This document shows positions 38,081 to 50,780 of a stretch of 64,000 nucleotides of DNA, in pieces. How positions within the stretch are numbered: position 1 is the stretch's first letter; each line of letters opens with the position of its first letter. The notes beneath the pieces are model-generated. The model was not told the origin of the DNA. It searched no databases and saw only the letters and a list, made by a program, of their open reading frames with translations. The translations under genes were made by a program, and so were the position numbers. Origin of the DNA: Utricularia gibba (Eukaryota > Plantae > Magnoliophyta). The DNA lies in contig NEEC01000018.1 of the NCBI GenBank assembly GCA_002189035.1, positions 992,001-1,056,000 on the forward strand. The letters run 5' to 3'.

Positions 38081-39030
38081 GGGGACTTAATTGATACAAT
38101 CTTCGCTGAATTGAAGGCTATAACAATAGTTGAGTACTTGAAGCGAATAATATCGTACAAGAGCAGACGTGGGTTATTACATTTAAATGTTTTCACTACA
38201 TTTGGTCTGTGGATCATTCATCCTCACTTTACCCTAGGTCAAACATGTCTAACTTCAGACGCATTTGCACTTAAAAGGACTGTGTTGGGATCCCACAAGT
38301 CGATGGATGAGAATTCTTTCAGCGCTCCCAAACAAGGTGATCATTTTATACTACATTACCAAGGTTTCACCTTTTTTCCTGCTCATCAACCAGAGCAATC
38401 GACGCCCTATCCCTTTATCTCATAGCCTTGACGCACTACCAAACGAAGCTTTTGACTCCACAGCTATGTCCCCTGACCAAATAATTTTTCTTGTCATGCT
38501 GAGCTGAACATATGGTTAACTTGCTTGGTTTCATCGCTGAAGATAGAGCTGGGGAACTCCTATTATCCGTATTCTTGGTGCCCAACTCAGTCAAGGAGCA
38601 ACACTCGCTTGTTTAACTAATCAATATTGAGTTCAAACCCCTTCGGCTCCTTAGCTTCGATTTCAATAATGGTTTCAACAACCAAATATGGCAACATGGA
38701 AACAAAAAACAGTTTCCTGCTTTGTTTGAGTTTGCTTCACTTGGAAATTGAAGAACAGGAATACAAGGCCAGTGCCTCAGCGAAGAAGTAATGTACGTAA
38801 AAGAGAGATGCTAATATCCACTGAAATTTGCAGTCCAGACAAAGGAGGATGATTGCAACAGCTTAACATACATAAAAAAGCATTCACTAGATGGTCTGAT
38901 GCATTTATACGGAAAGATGCATCCCAAACAACAACAAAAAAGGTTTATTGCAAAACATTCACGAGTTATTCTGATGCATTTCATCAAAATATATCATAAG
39001 TGACACCTCGAAAAGCAAGTGAAGGAGTGG

Positions 39031-39225
39031 TTAATCCTCTGTAGCAACCACACTGATTTCACCTTTGTCGTACATATCATAGAACTCCTTGGTTTTCCTC
39101 TGCAGATTCCAGTGGTACATCTTCCACACACTTCCTGCAGCAACGCCGAGTGTTATGCCAATGAGTATCTCCTTCACCACACTTGGACCTTTCAAAGTAG
39201 CATGAACAACTCTAGAGCCAGCCAT
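39031..39225 (-). CDS. COX5C: Cytochrome c oxidase subunit 5C (64 aa)
   Basis: MAGSRVVHATLKGPSVVKEILIGITLGVAAGSVWKMYHWNLQRKTKEFYD. Probable leader intron up to ~39856, as is typical for plant COX5c genes. Confidence 0.95.
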   Translation of the reverse strand: MAGSRVVHATLKGPSVVKEILIGITLGVAAGSVWKMYHWNLQRKTKEFYDMYDKGEISVVATED

Positions 39226-40676
39226 TTTACTACCCAAGAACCAAAATGCTGTTTCCAAAAATCAACTCCTCTATTAGAAATAAAAGAAGATCAGAAAACA
39301 ATCAGTAAGATCAAAGATCTCAGCTTCCTAGTTCAAATGCAACATATAAGACCGCACCAATACAAATAAAATGGGAATGCATAAAGCTATGAACAAACTT
39401 CGCTTCACCATAAGTATGAACTGGTATTCCTACACCTCGGTTAGTTGAGAACAGGATCCAATAACATTCATACTCTTATCCAAATAACGTTCATTCCAGC
39501 CTCTTGGAAATAAAACCCACACAGAACATCAACGCTCACTCACTGTACATATAAATTTGGTAATCACTAGTTGACCGAATGCGTCTAATGGAGCGGCCAT
39601 TTACCCCCTTCTTAAGCAGTAACCATTACCCAACCCTATCAAACCTCATCAGTGTCGACGTAAACAGCAGATGCATTGTAGAAGAGAATAAAATCCAACA
39701 GAAGCAAAATAACGCGCAAGCAAGACCATCAATCAGTCACATATCTCGTATCTCAAACTCAACGCCGTAAAAAAATAAAGCATCACGCACTCTCAAATCA
39801 ATCGGCCGCCAACGAAATCGCACTAGGGAAAACTCGAAATGGAAGCGGTACCGTACCTTCCCCTCCAGAATCAGGAACCAGCCCTGTCTCCGTAAAATCG
39901 GAGACTGCGACGAAGGCAATAGATCAGTTCTGAGATCTGGACAACCCCCCTCTTTCGGATCACTGCTGTTCTGAGAAGCAAATTCGCAAAACGCCTTAAA
40001 CTTTTTATTTTAATTGTTTAATAGAATTAGTAATTTATATTATTTTTTCATATTACTCTCAATAAGAAGTAAACTATGAGTTATCTTATGTGACATTTTA
40101 TGAAACTAGGGAAGGAAAAATTACCATATGCTAGTGGATTGAAGCATAAATTTCTAAATAATTCGGATTATAGACTAGTTTTTTTCACGTACATATTATA
40201 TTGTGAATAAATTTTTTATATGATTCAATTGTATACTAGTTTTTTTTTACATATATATTACATGATGACTAGATTTTTAAGTCATTTGGATTTGAATCAT
40301 TAGGATATGAAAAAATGTTAATGAAGTGATTCATCATCATCTTATCGTAGTAGAATACAACAACAATGAACAAATTATAGATGAGTAACAAACTCCTGTA
40401 AAAAATGAATATCATTGTTTTCAAACACATGTTGAATTCATTATTCAATATTTTTATGTATTTAATAATTTCATTATAAATTTGGACAATATTACGAATT
40501 CAAGATAGAATCCCATTTATCTCATGTTGTCATTATTCTTTCAATGGATTGTAATTCAAAAATGGATTTTTTAAATGAGAACTCCTCTGTCAAATAATAT
40601 TCTTGTAGAATTTTCATAAGTTTTTGTTCTATGTTTTTTTCTAGCTTTTAATTTTACTCATACGTCACATATCTTT

Positions 40677-41077
40677 GGGTGCGTTTGGTTTGTAAAATAA
40701 GTTATTTCCAGATAAAATTTTAAGTAGAATATTGGATTAGGATTATATGAAAATGTATTTTGATGTATTTGGTTTGTATTGTAATAATTAAGATATAAAA
40801 GTTGTTTGAATGATTAAAAAGACGAAAATATCTTTATTTTCCTGAAATAACAAATCTCTTGCTAATTGAGTTTTCTACAAAAAAAAAAAAACAAAAAACA
40901 TTTACGGTATAATAGGATGAGATTAAAAATCTCATTCAATAAGTCCGAATTATTTTATTTTATTTTCGTGGAATAAAAAAATCCATATAGTAAAAAATAA
41001 TTAATCACTTATTCATCAAACATCGAATAATAATATTATTTAATTATCACTCTTTATCTCACGAATCAAATGCATAT
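40677..41077. mobile_element. Degenerate Tourist-like MITE
   Basis: GGGTGCGTTTGGTTTGT versus ACGAATCAAATGCATAT (decayed inverted repeat), TTT on both flanks. Confidence 0.5.
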
Positions 41078-41082
41078 TTTGT

Positions 41083-41480
41083 ATAAAACTTCATAGGTAG
41101 ACTCATGAGAGTTCTATCAATGACTTTAGAATTATGGATTTCTTGTGCAATGCTTTCAACTCACTAACAATTTTGATAGTTCATTTATAATATATTTGGA
41201 CTATCTCTATCTCTAACATTTGACTGCAAAGTCATCCATTTTACCCTTTAATTCAACTTCCTAAGATCATTATCATCTTCATGCATTTCTTACAAGGTAT
41301 CCAAATTTCCTTTGCTGACACACAAAAAAGCAGCCTTGTCAAACATGGACTTGATCAGTGTCTACTAAAAAGTATTTAGTGCTCAATCTAGGATGTCATT
41401 TTCAATAACATCTCAGATTTTTTTTACCTTGAGACATGTATTCACCTTGAACGTTGTTCTGTATAGCCATGATTGAAATG
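41083..41480 (-). mobile_element. Decayed Ty1/copia gag (UBN2-like) fragment
   Basis: Broken frames give SAKEIW/DTL*EMHE, IVSELKAL and EIHNSKVIDRTLMSLPMKF, resembling copia gag motifs AKEAWD..L and VVEKILRSLP.KF. Confidence 0.55.
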
Positions 41481-43029
41481 AGGAGAAACTTTTATTCTTG
41501 CTTTACTTCCACAAGTGCAATTTCTTGATTTAAAGCTCTGATATCATATTAGGTTTACAAAGATTGGATTTTGATGAAAAATTAATGTAATGAAGCATGC
41601 GAAAAAAAATGAACTTGCCAAAACCAACATTGCACTTTAAATACAAACATGTTTTGTCAGATTTGCTCCAACTACATTTTCCCAATTGACAGATGTGACC
41701 ACGAAGTTGAATCAAATTCATCATTCTAAATGAATCAAGCTAATCATTACCCAAATGATGCAAGATTATGTGAGTGAGTACTAGTGTGAATCATATCTTT
41801 CAAATTAGTAATCTGGGATTGATTAAAGTTTAGCATTATATTTTCAATTCAACATTGATTAAAATCTGGCAAAACATGTTTTTATCTCGTGTTGAAACTT
41901 ATTCAATACTTGAAAAATCAGGCGTACCAATGGGTTTGGAGGCATAGGTTTCATTTCCAAGTAGGATGGATGTTTTGGCGTTGAAGACTTCATCGCATTA
42001 TTGAACTTCAATCACCACCATTCCTAGTTTTTTACTTAACCGATACATTTAAGAGGTGAACATTTGCTTCTAGTTCAAACTAGAAAGCCTAGGCTAGGCT
42101 TACTATATTCATCTGATTACAAGTTGCATGAAGATAATAAAAAGGGCAGGAACCAGGAGCTGTTTGAAGTCGAAAACAACTTTTCCGTGATGAAAGTGGA
42201 TGGATTCCATGTGGAAGTTCTGATTTTTGGCTCAGTGCAGTATTTTTATTGAGCAAATGGATTGAATTCTCTCTTGTGTGCCATTGTTTCCACGTCTTAA
42301 ACCTAACCATCATAATGCCATTGTTTTCTACGTCTCAAACCAAACCATCGTATATTGGATTAATATACGATGTCGTATAGAGAATATATTGAATAAAAAT
42401 CGAAACTTTGACATGATCAGAAATAAGCTGACTTCAGTAAATAGCTCCCTTTTGAGATGGGGTCTGAACTATTAAGTATGCAGTATATCTATCACATGAA
42501 TGCTAGTGGTTCTGCGAATTATAAATGCTGACGACTCATTGAAAGTTTTCCAAAAGAAGGGAACTTAAAACAGCGCTGCGGGCATCCATCTGCGGATTGC
42601 AACTGACACCCAATTGAAGAAACTTGGGTGTTCTGAAGTCTGAGAGTTCACTTGGACAGATGGGTTGGTGGGGTATGAACGGCAGGGAAGACCGGAAGTT
42701 TGTTTGTAAATTGTACGAGGATTAGCGTCTCTGTAGTGGGGGTCAACCGTCAAGGGCATTTGTTTGTGGTGACTTAACGACAATGTTCGCACCCGCCCCG
42801 GTCCCCACGCACCACCAAACTGGGAACGCTATCGTCATATTTTTCCTTCGCGAGGAGCTTTTCTTTACAGACATCAATGCTCTTGTTGCTCGATTCACGA
42901 ACCCCAACGAGGCGTTGCTCACTAGTAGAGGTCACAGAAAGTTGGGTTTTTGGCTTCCTTTCCTTTCCTTTCTTCCTTCATCTATTATGAATCGCACGAA
43001 CTTTACTTTATGAAGCCGGCGTTCACGCC

Positions 43030-44474
43030 ATGGCTACCGTCTTCTCACACCCTTTTACCATTATGTCTAATCAACACGAAGAACCCAGAATCCGGGGTTT
43101 CCTACTGATGATGATTATGCTGATTTGGAAGCGCAAATCGCAGGGGACTGCTTCAATTCGAAGCCCTTTTTGTTTCTTGACATGATGTGGAACTTAGCTT
43201 TCATAGTGGTTTCTGTTTTCGTGCTCTCAGCCACACTCCATGAACGGCCCTCGACCCCGCTAAGGCTTTGGATTTGTGGCTACGCTTTGCAGTGTCTCCT
43301 TCATGTGGGGTTTGTTTGGGATGAATATCAAAGGCGAACCCCTGTTGGAGATTTTAATTCTGGTGGTTCTCAAGATTACAACTTTTTCAGGGTCTTTTCT
43401 CTCTGTAATGGCAGGTATTTCTGTCTAATCCTACTATAAATTGGTGTTCTCTTCATATTAGTTGGATGATGAGTTACTAAGAGGATGATGTAAAGATTAT
43501 GTGCGTGAAATAATCAGTCTTGTGAAACTGCATGACTCTTTCATCTGCTGCCTTTAGATATTAGTTGAAGCTAAAAGATGGGAAGTTTATGGAAACTTAT
43601 CTACTTGCCCCTGTCAATAAAAAACAATCACAACTTCTAGGGTGTGATGTTCATGTTCCCTTAAGGATTCTTGTTGTTTTCCCCTTTCGTAGTGCCATCA
43701 AGAAGTTTGAGTTGATCAATACCATCATTTCATCAATTTGGTGGGTGTTTGGATTTTACTGGATAGTGATGGGAGGCCAGCCACTCCTCCAAGATTCTCC
43801 TCGTCTTTACTGGTATGAATCAGGATTGTTTTACTGGATAGTAATTCCATCACTTTTGTCATCCATTGATACCAGTGTTCTCACTACTCCTCTTACCTGA
43901 GCTTGAAACTTGATTTTCTACCATTGCAGGACGTCAGTGATATTTTTGGCATTTGATGTGTTCTTCATGATTTTCAGCATTGTGATGGCATTCTTTATGT
44001 TCGTGTTGCTTTTCTGTTGCTTCCCAATGCTTGTCACAATTGCCTATGCAATGACCATCAGAAATGGGGCTTCAGAAAATGATATGAGATCACTTCCTCG
44101 GTTTCTTTATACACATCAGAGTTCTTCAGAAACACTTGAAGATGGCAACAAACCAGAACTTTCAAGAGCATCATCTGGTGGTAGAACAGAGCTTATTGTT
44201 CAACCAGAGGACTCCGTTGAGTGTCTGCTAACTCATTACTTCCATCATCGAATTCTACTGTGATTCATTGAAATAGTTTTTGCATGACAGATGGCTTGTT
44301 TTTTGTTTACAGGAATGCTGCATATGTCTTTACAAGTACGTTGATGGAGCAGAGTTGTGTACGCTTCCCTGCAAGCACCATTTTCACCATGAATGTATTA
44401 CTCGATGGCTCCGCATAAACGCAACTTGTCCTCTTTGCAAATTCGACATCCTTAAAGGTGATGCCTTGGTCTGA
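43030..44474 (+). CDS. Membrane-anchored RING-H2 E3 ubiquitin ligase (At1g63170/At4g11680-like family), apparent frameshift at ~43095
   Basis: [80 protein letters not shown]. Four exons. Confidence 0.9.
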
Positions 44475-44823
44475 CTGATGGGTGCTAGGAAGTTTTTTTT
44501 TTCCCTTGCAAATGTCTCCTTGCATGGAGGAAATGCATGTGCTTTCCTTGGCTGCTAAATGTACAGAAGAAAACAGGGGAAGCAGCAGCAGCTCCATGAA
44601 GACTAGAAGTATTGTAGATAGGCTTAGTTGGAACCTTAGTTTTAAGTTTCAGCTCAACTGGATGTTGAAACAACTGATTCAGGTATCAGATGGCAGTAGT
44701 GTGCATTCCTTGATCCACTTGCACAGCTTTCAGCATGATGCTTATTGTACTTCACCGTAACTGCCTACTTGTGCTCGCTTGATCAAAAATTGAAACCAAA
44801 TGATAAAGGTTACCATGATTATA

Positions 44824-45555
44824 TTATAACCAGCTGATCTTTTTCAAGATGGTGTGAGGAGGAAGCAAGCAACAAAGAGTGAATTTGAGAGGTTTCAACC
44901 AGACATTCTTGTTGTTTTTCATCGTGGAGGGTGTCCATCTTCCCTTCTTCCTCAAATGGCGCTTCCTAAGGAGTCTTCTTCTCCTACGCCTGATCTTCTT
45001 GGCTATTTTCATTCTCATTTTGTGTTCAAGGTTCAGCTCAAGTGTTGAAGCGTTTTCCTTCACTGAATCAGAAGAGACTGTGCAAGTCTCGAACTCAGAA
45101 GAGTCCATTCCATCTACCTCTGCTGATGCCTTAGCAACCACAGCACATCCGAGGGCGCCCAAAAGCAGCTTCTAACAGGGGATTTCGGAATCAAAGCAAT
45201 GGGCTTGGACAATCTGAGAGGTAGCAACAGAGCAAGATCAGTAGACGTAGAGCTACTTGAGAAACAAACACCATATTCTGCCTCGAAAAACACCTGAAAC
45301 ACCCAATAATCCTAAGAAGGAAAACCAAGAGGAAACATTTCACCTTTTTTTTCTTTTACTAGAAGCCCAGACCAGGAAACTGAAAAATGTCCTCAACAAT
45401 GGCAAACAGCAACTGAAGATCATTCCACAAGCGATGCTTCATAGATTCGAAATAAGCTACATTAAGGTCTTACAAGGTGGCGCATCTCCGAGCCCAGAAA
45501 CAGAGGATGAAGCAGGAGAAATGAAGGAGAAGGAACATGAAAAGAGTAGAGCCAT
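44824..45555 (-). CDS. PSRP5: Plastid-specific 50S ribosomal protein 5 (cL37)-like, disrupted as assembled
   Basis: Basic C-terminus KMRMKIAKKIRRRRRRLLRKRHLRKKGRWTPSTMKNNKNV. Ser-rich transit-like N-terminus from ATG 45555. Frame break at ~45162, no stop after NKNV, exon 1/2 phase not reconciled. Confidence 0.75.
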
Positions 45556-45759
45556 CCCTCCCAGGCAGTATGGCGCCCGCTGAACCACGGATAGGCAGGT
45601 GGCTTTTTACACACGTTAAGAAATTCGTGGAATCTGGATGACAAAGCGGGTCAACTTTAACACAGTCTAACTATAGTCTACAACAGCGCACAGCGCCAAC
45701 ATTTTTGCGAGCAAGCTTCGTTCCAGGATAGCAAAAATAACACACAGATAGCAAGTCTG

Positions 45760-48700
45760 TCAAACGAACATATGCAGCTCGGGCCTAGAAAAGACATTAT
45801 TCTCCTCGTCTTCAAGCACCGGATAGGCGGCAACGAGCGCATCCTGGGAACCAATGTAGAGGGAGTTATAGATTTTCCAGTACACCTCTCTGACCTTCCT
45901 GGCAGGATGAAACAGCCCTTGAAGACAGTAGTTGAGTATCACTGCAGCACCCAGAGCAACCCTCATCCCTTCAATAGCTTCGGTGACGGCATTGATGACG
46001 TGCGGCGATGTTTCGAAAATGTTGGGCCACACGTAGTTCAGCAGGTGGACTAGAGCATCTTCACATCCAAGACCTGCCACACCCAGAGCCATGTGTTTCA
46101 CAGCGGATGCTGCTGTCTGCCGGTGAACCAAATCTCGATCCATGAGTGCATCCTCCAGCAATGGTGTCACTGCATAGATGTAGTCCTTGCCCATCTCACC
46201 GATGTACTCAAAGAGGAAAGAAAGTGACTTCAGAACACCGTTCTGAACATTGAGCTCCGGCACACGGTACTCGTTCATCAAGGCTGGTAGGACAGTAAAC
46301 GGTGAGCATGTTTCCGCCACAATAGCAATGGCCACCGTTGTGCACACACGATTTTGGCGTTCCTGGACCTTGAGGTTGTTCAACAGGGTTGCAAGAACAT
46401 CTTGTGGGCCAATGGCTTTGGCAATATATCCAAAAGTGTTCACAGTCGCCCTGCGTATTCCTTTCTTGTGGGCTTTGAGCATCTCCAGAAGCTCAAAGCA
46501 TATTCTCATCCATTCCCTTGCTGGAACGAACTCAGCTCCGCGATCAGCAATTCTTCCTACGAGATCGATACAATTCTCTTGAACTTTCTCATGGCGATTC
46601 TTCAGGATGGGTGTTAGACGAGGAAGCAGATCCTTGATCGGGGGAGTCATCTTAGTCATACCAATAACGTTAACAATGGCCTTCAGAGCACCTAATATAG
46701 AACCCAAAACTTCAGGATACTCCTCACCCAAGTACTCGTATAAAAAGACGCCCAAATGGCCCATTAGTTGTTCTCTTCCACACTGCTTCATAACCACTGC
46801 AATCCGAGATATAAGGTCAGCCGCTTGTTGCCTCACCTTGGCGCTCTTATTGTTCAGCCGCCATTTTATGGTTCCACATATCTGGGGAAGAAAATCTGTG
46901 GCTCGCAGACCAAGAGAGTTGATCACAGCCCCAAATCCATTTAGCATGACATTAGCATCATCACTGGTCTGCTCTTGGAATGCATACAGAATCCCATCAA
47001 TTAATAAATTCAGTAGGCGCTCATCAATGTCAGATGCCCCAAGGTTTGAAACTACTTTCTCAATTGTCTCCATGACCATCCGCCTATAAGGCTCACTTTC
47101 GTCTTTCAGATCTTCCACTATCCTCCCTACAATATCAGCAACTCCGACTTTGTTAGCTATCTCAACTGTCGTTTCAACCAGTTGCTTATAGTTTCTCCTG
47201 TCCAAGGCCATCCTCCGAACCCAAAAATTACGAAAGAACTCTGGAAGGATATCATTTCTTATATAGTCTGCCTCAACACCTTCAGTACTCACACACTGCT
47301 TCACCACTTTTAACACAATTTTTTTCATCTCTTCATCTGGTGATTGAAACTCCCTGATCAGAATAACCATGACTTCTTTTGTATAGTAGCTGGCATATAA
47401 TGCGTCCATGAGGGGTATAATAAATCCGATGGCCTTAAGAAAGGCAGCAAGTACTTTCCCACGATGGGATCTGATACCCTTCCATAAAGGCTTCAACACT
47501 GAATCAAAGCTTTCAATACCATAAGGAGCTGCCGCCTCTGCAAGAGCAGCCAAAGACAAAGCAGTAATGGTCCTGACTTTCTGATTTTCATCACTAAGCC
47601 CATGTTCAATAATCTCAACTAAGGACTTCAAGTGTGGAAGCACTGCACACCCTATTAGAATGGCAATTTGCTGAACAATCTTGATTCCAGTATGACGAGC
47701 TTGCCATGATTTCTTACTTTGACAAACAGCCTTCAAAAATGGAAGTAATGCAGGAATCCCAAGAGCGGATGCAACAACACTAAAGGCCCTAGCGGTGGTG
47801 TTCCTCACGTACTCATCAATGTTATCAATATCTGGACGCATTGCAGCAATCATAGTAGCCAACCCAGCCGCCTTGCTCAGATTTGAAATGATCTCCCTAC
47901 CCTCCACACGAGCATAGTAATCCTCGTCAATCAATAAAGGCTCAATAACCACCAAAATTTTGTGGACATAAGGGCGAACCAACTCATCCAACTTATACAG
48001 CACCCTATCAATTACCTTCACCAACAAGTGTCTCTCTTGGTCCTCCAAGGTGGGCTGCATGAGCAATGGCAGTATGCGATTGAACAATGGTCCTGCTCCA
48101 AACTCTCTGGCCTTATCTGTCAACTGTCTCAAAGCAGTCTTTCTCTGTGGCGGAGTACCATTCTTAACTTTCAGCAAGAGTTTCATAATCTTTCGCTCTT
48201 TCTGCTCCTCTGGGGACAACTCCTCTTCATTCTCTTCATTTAAGAGAGAACCAAAGTACTGATAATCCTCAGGTTTCATAAAAGGCAGGCCACCAGGCAT
48301 TTCCTTGGGCACATCAAATTGCTGGCCTCTATTTTCTTCAGGAATACTATACAAAGGTGTTCCCATAGGAGTAGGAGTTGCGAGGAGTTTTCGTGCTGGA
48401 GTTCTTATAGGAATGTAGGAAGCAGGAGGCTCTAAAATCTTATAACCCTCCTGCGGGAACATGGCATCAAGCTCCTCATCTGTCAAAGGCCTGTTCCTCT
48501 CTTCAATGTCTTTCTCCCACCTCAACAAGTTATACTGCTCAGGAGTCATTGCAGCTCTCATAATGGCATTTGGAGTTGGGGTTGCAACGTCAATTGCTCC
48601 AAAAGGGGTAACCCCAGGCGTATATGCAGCAGCAGGAGTAGCTCCTGGAGTTGCACTGCCCATTGTTGCTGGAGTTTCATCCCACCTAGATCTCTGCCTC

Positions 48701-49529
48701 TTTGGGGTTGGAGTAGCAAGGCCTCCCAGTTTAGGAGTGGCATCCCAAGCCATTCCTGCAGGTGTTGCACCAGGAGTGACTCCTCCAGCGGGTGTTGCAT
48801 CAGAGTCATTCAGTCTCCCAGGAGTTGGGGTTTCATCCCATCTATTCTTCTTGGAAAGGGATGGCGTGGCATCCCCAATCCTCCCAGGAGTCGGTGTGGC
48901 ATCCCACCTTCCAATACCAGGAGTAGAGTCGGGCAAGTCCCAGTCAGAATCATCCTTTGACTTTTGAGCACCTGCTGTTTCATCCTGAGACATATCCCAT
49001 CTGTTCCTCTTCTTTGGCTTCTCAGCCTCCTTTGTCTTCTTCTCCTCTTCTTCTTCTTTTTTCTTCTTCGCTATTTCCCTCTTCACCTCTTCCTCTTTAC
49101 GCTTAAGTGCCTCTTCCCTCATTATGTCACCATAGCTCCTCATGTCAGGCTTTGGGGTCTTATCTGAAAATGGGTCATTCCGCTCGGGGAGATGATCCGA
49201 TTTAACCTCCTCTGTTTGTACTCATCTTCTCGATCAATAATCCTACTTGGTTTCTTAAACCCAGAGATATCATCCCCCTCACCTGCTCTTACAGGATCCT
49301 TGAGTAGATGACGTGGTGCAGTAAATGATGCCATTTTTTTAGCAATGTCATTCTCAGTTGCATCCGTGATATCTTCTTCATCATTGACAGCGATAGACCG
49401 CTCATAGCCCTCAAACTTGTCTGAACTATAGAGATCAGTGTCGAAGGTTACGGAAGTCAGGGCTGCCAGTTCCTTCTCCATCTTTTGCCTCTCTTCTTTT
49501 TCCTTTCGAATCTCTTCATCCACGTCCAT
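45760..49529 (-). CDS. SF3B1: Splicing factor 3B subunit 1 (SF3b155), intronless CDS, apparent frameshift at ~49187
   Basis: RWDETP/TP repeats, [16 protein letters not shown] repeats, C-terminal RPELHMFV. The N-terminal MDVDEEI...RRLNRIISP piece is in the adjacent frame. Confidence 0.97.
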
Positions 49530-50028
49530 TTTGGAAAGCTGCAATTCTTCAAGAATGCCCACGAGACATGAAGATCAACAAAAAAAAAAAAAAAAAAACA
49601 GCTGTCGGAACACACAAAAAAACCCTAGAATTAAGAATCAAACGTAGTAAAAAAAACCAACCTAAAGTAGCCACAATAAACCTCAAAAATGGAGATCATA
49701 AATAACCACTACCCATGTAAACTGAAAACGCAGAGCCTGTGCCCCGCCTACGCGAAAAACGAATGCCCACGTTGCCTTACAACGGAAGTTAAACAACCAT
49801 AGAAAAAAAAAAGGTAGACAAGCGAGAGGAGAACAACAAAAACAGACAGACACGGAAAATTACTGGAAAATCAAGAGCAAAACCAAGGAACACGTACCTC
49901 GGTACTCAGGGTTTTCCGATAGATAGCACGGAGGCGAGCAGAGAACAAAAGACGCCCTCGTATCCCCCCCCCCCAACTACTAAATAAGAACTCTGTTTCC
50001 ATACCCGACCCGAATGTGAGTCTGGACC

Positions 50029-50076
50029 GGCCCATTGGCTAAAGCAACGTTTGGGCCAGCCCGTAGTACGTTGGGC
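50029..50076. promoter_or_regulatory. Site II cluster upstream of SF3B1
   Basis: GGCCCA at 50029 and TGGGCC at 50052, plus AGCCC and TGGGC nearby. Confidence 0.45.
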
Positions 50077-50479
50077 ATTTGTTTATTTTCTATTTAACTA
50101 AATTTTTATTTCTTTCGAAACTCCCTACACCCTCGATCCAGATCCAGAATATGCATATAAATGCCAAAATGCGTTTTATTTTTACAAATAAATAAATTTC
50201 TTTTTCTTCAATTTAAATTGAAGAAATTCTATCATACTCATCTGGATTCAATCACTCCATCCAATGTCCCAAAATAGTATTGTTACCAACCCCCTACGTC
50301 TAATATGTATGTTGCTGGAATTTGTAATACCAAAGCCTTAGTGTCGGTATCCAACATTTGCTAGGAAAGTATTTTACTAATTTTATACGAAATATTTTTC
50401 TTGAAAGAAGAAGTATAAAATTATAAAAATTGAATATTCAAAACGAATAATCTCGTATAAAAGATTAGTATAGTTAATT

Positions 50480-50780
50480 ACACTCATTAGATGCTCTTGT
50501 TTACAAAATTAATAAAAAAAAATTGAGTGAGAAAAATCAAGGCTGTATTAAAGATGATGGATTATATGACGATATTTAAATAACAATACGTTTTTAATTT
50601 TGTACGATTTTTTTTAAAAAAAGTAAATATAAAATCATGATAATTATATATATTTAAAATAAATAATATCGTATAAAATACTAGAATAGGTCATGACACT
50701 AATTAGATACTCTTCTTTACTGAATTAAGGGCAAAAATTTAAATAAGAAAAATCAACGCTGCATCAAAGACGATGGATTC
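50480..50780. repeat. Degenerate ~90-bp direct repeat about 216 bp apart
   Basis: CACT..ATTAGAT.CTCTT.TTTAC...GAAAAATCAA.GCTG.AT.AAAGA.GATGG occurs twice. Confidence 0.55.

Noticed and set aside
38466-38560. miR395-like hairpin (TGTCCCCTGACCA ... CTGAAGatagagctGGGGAACTC)
   Set aside because: The putative mature sequence has 8 non-matching central bases and the arms pair over only ~5-6 bp.
38598-38652. tRNA-like element (GGAGC...GAGTTCAAACCC...GCTCC)
   Set aside because: About 55 nt, too short, with no D-arm or anticodon arm.
45772-49167. Multiple long antisense ORFs over SF3B1, CTL, presenilin and bZIP
   Set aside because: These are expected shadows of long coding frames and show no independent motifs.
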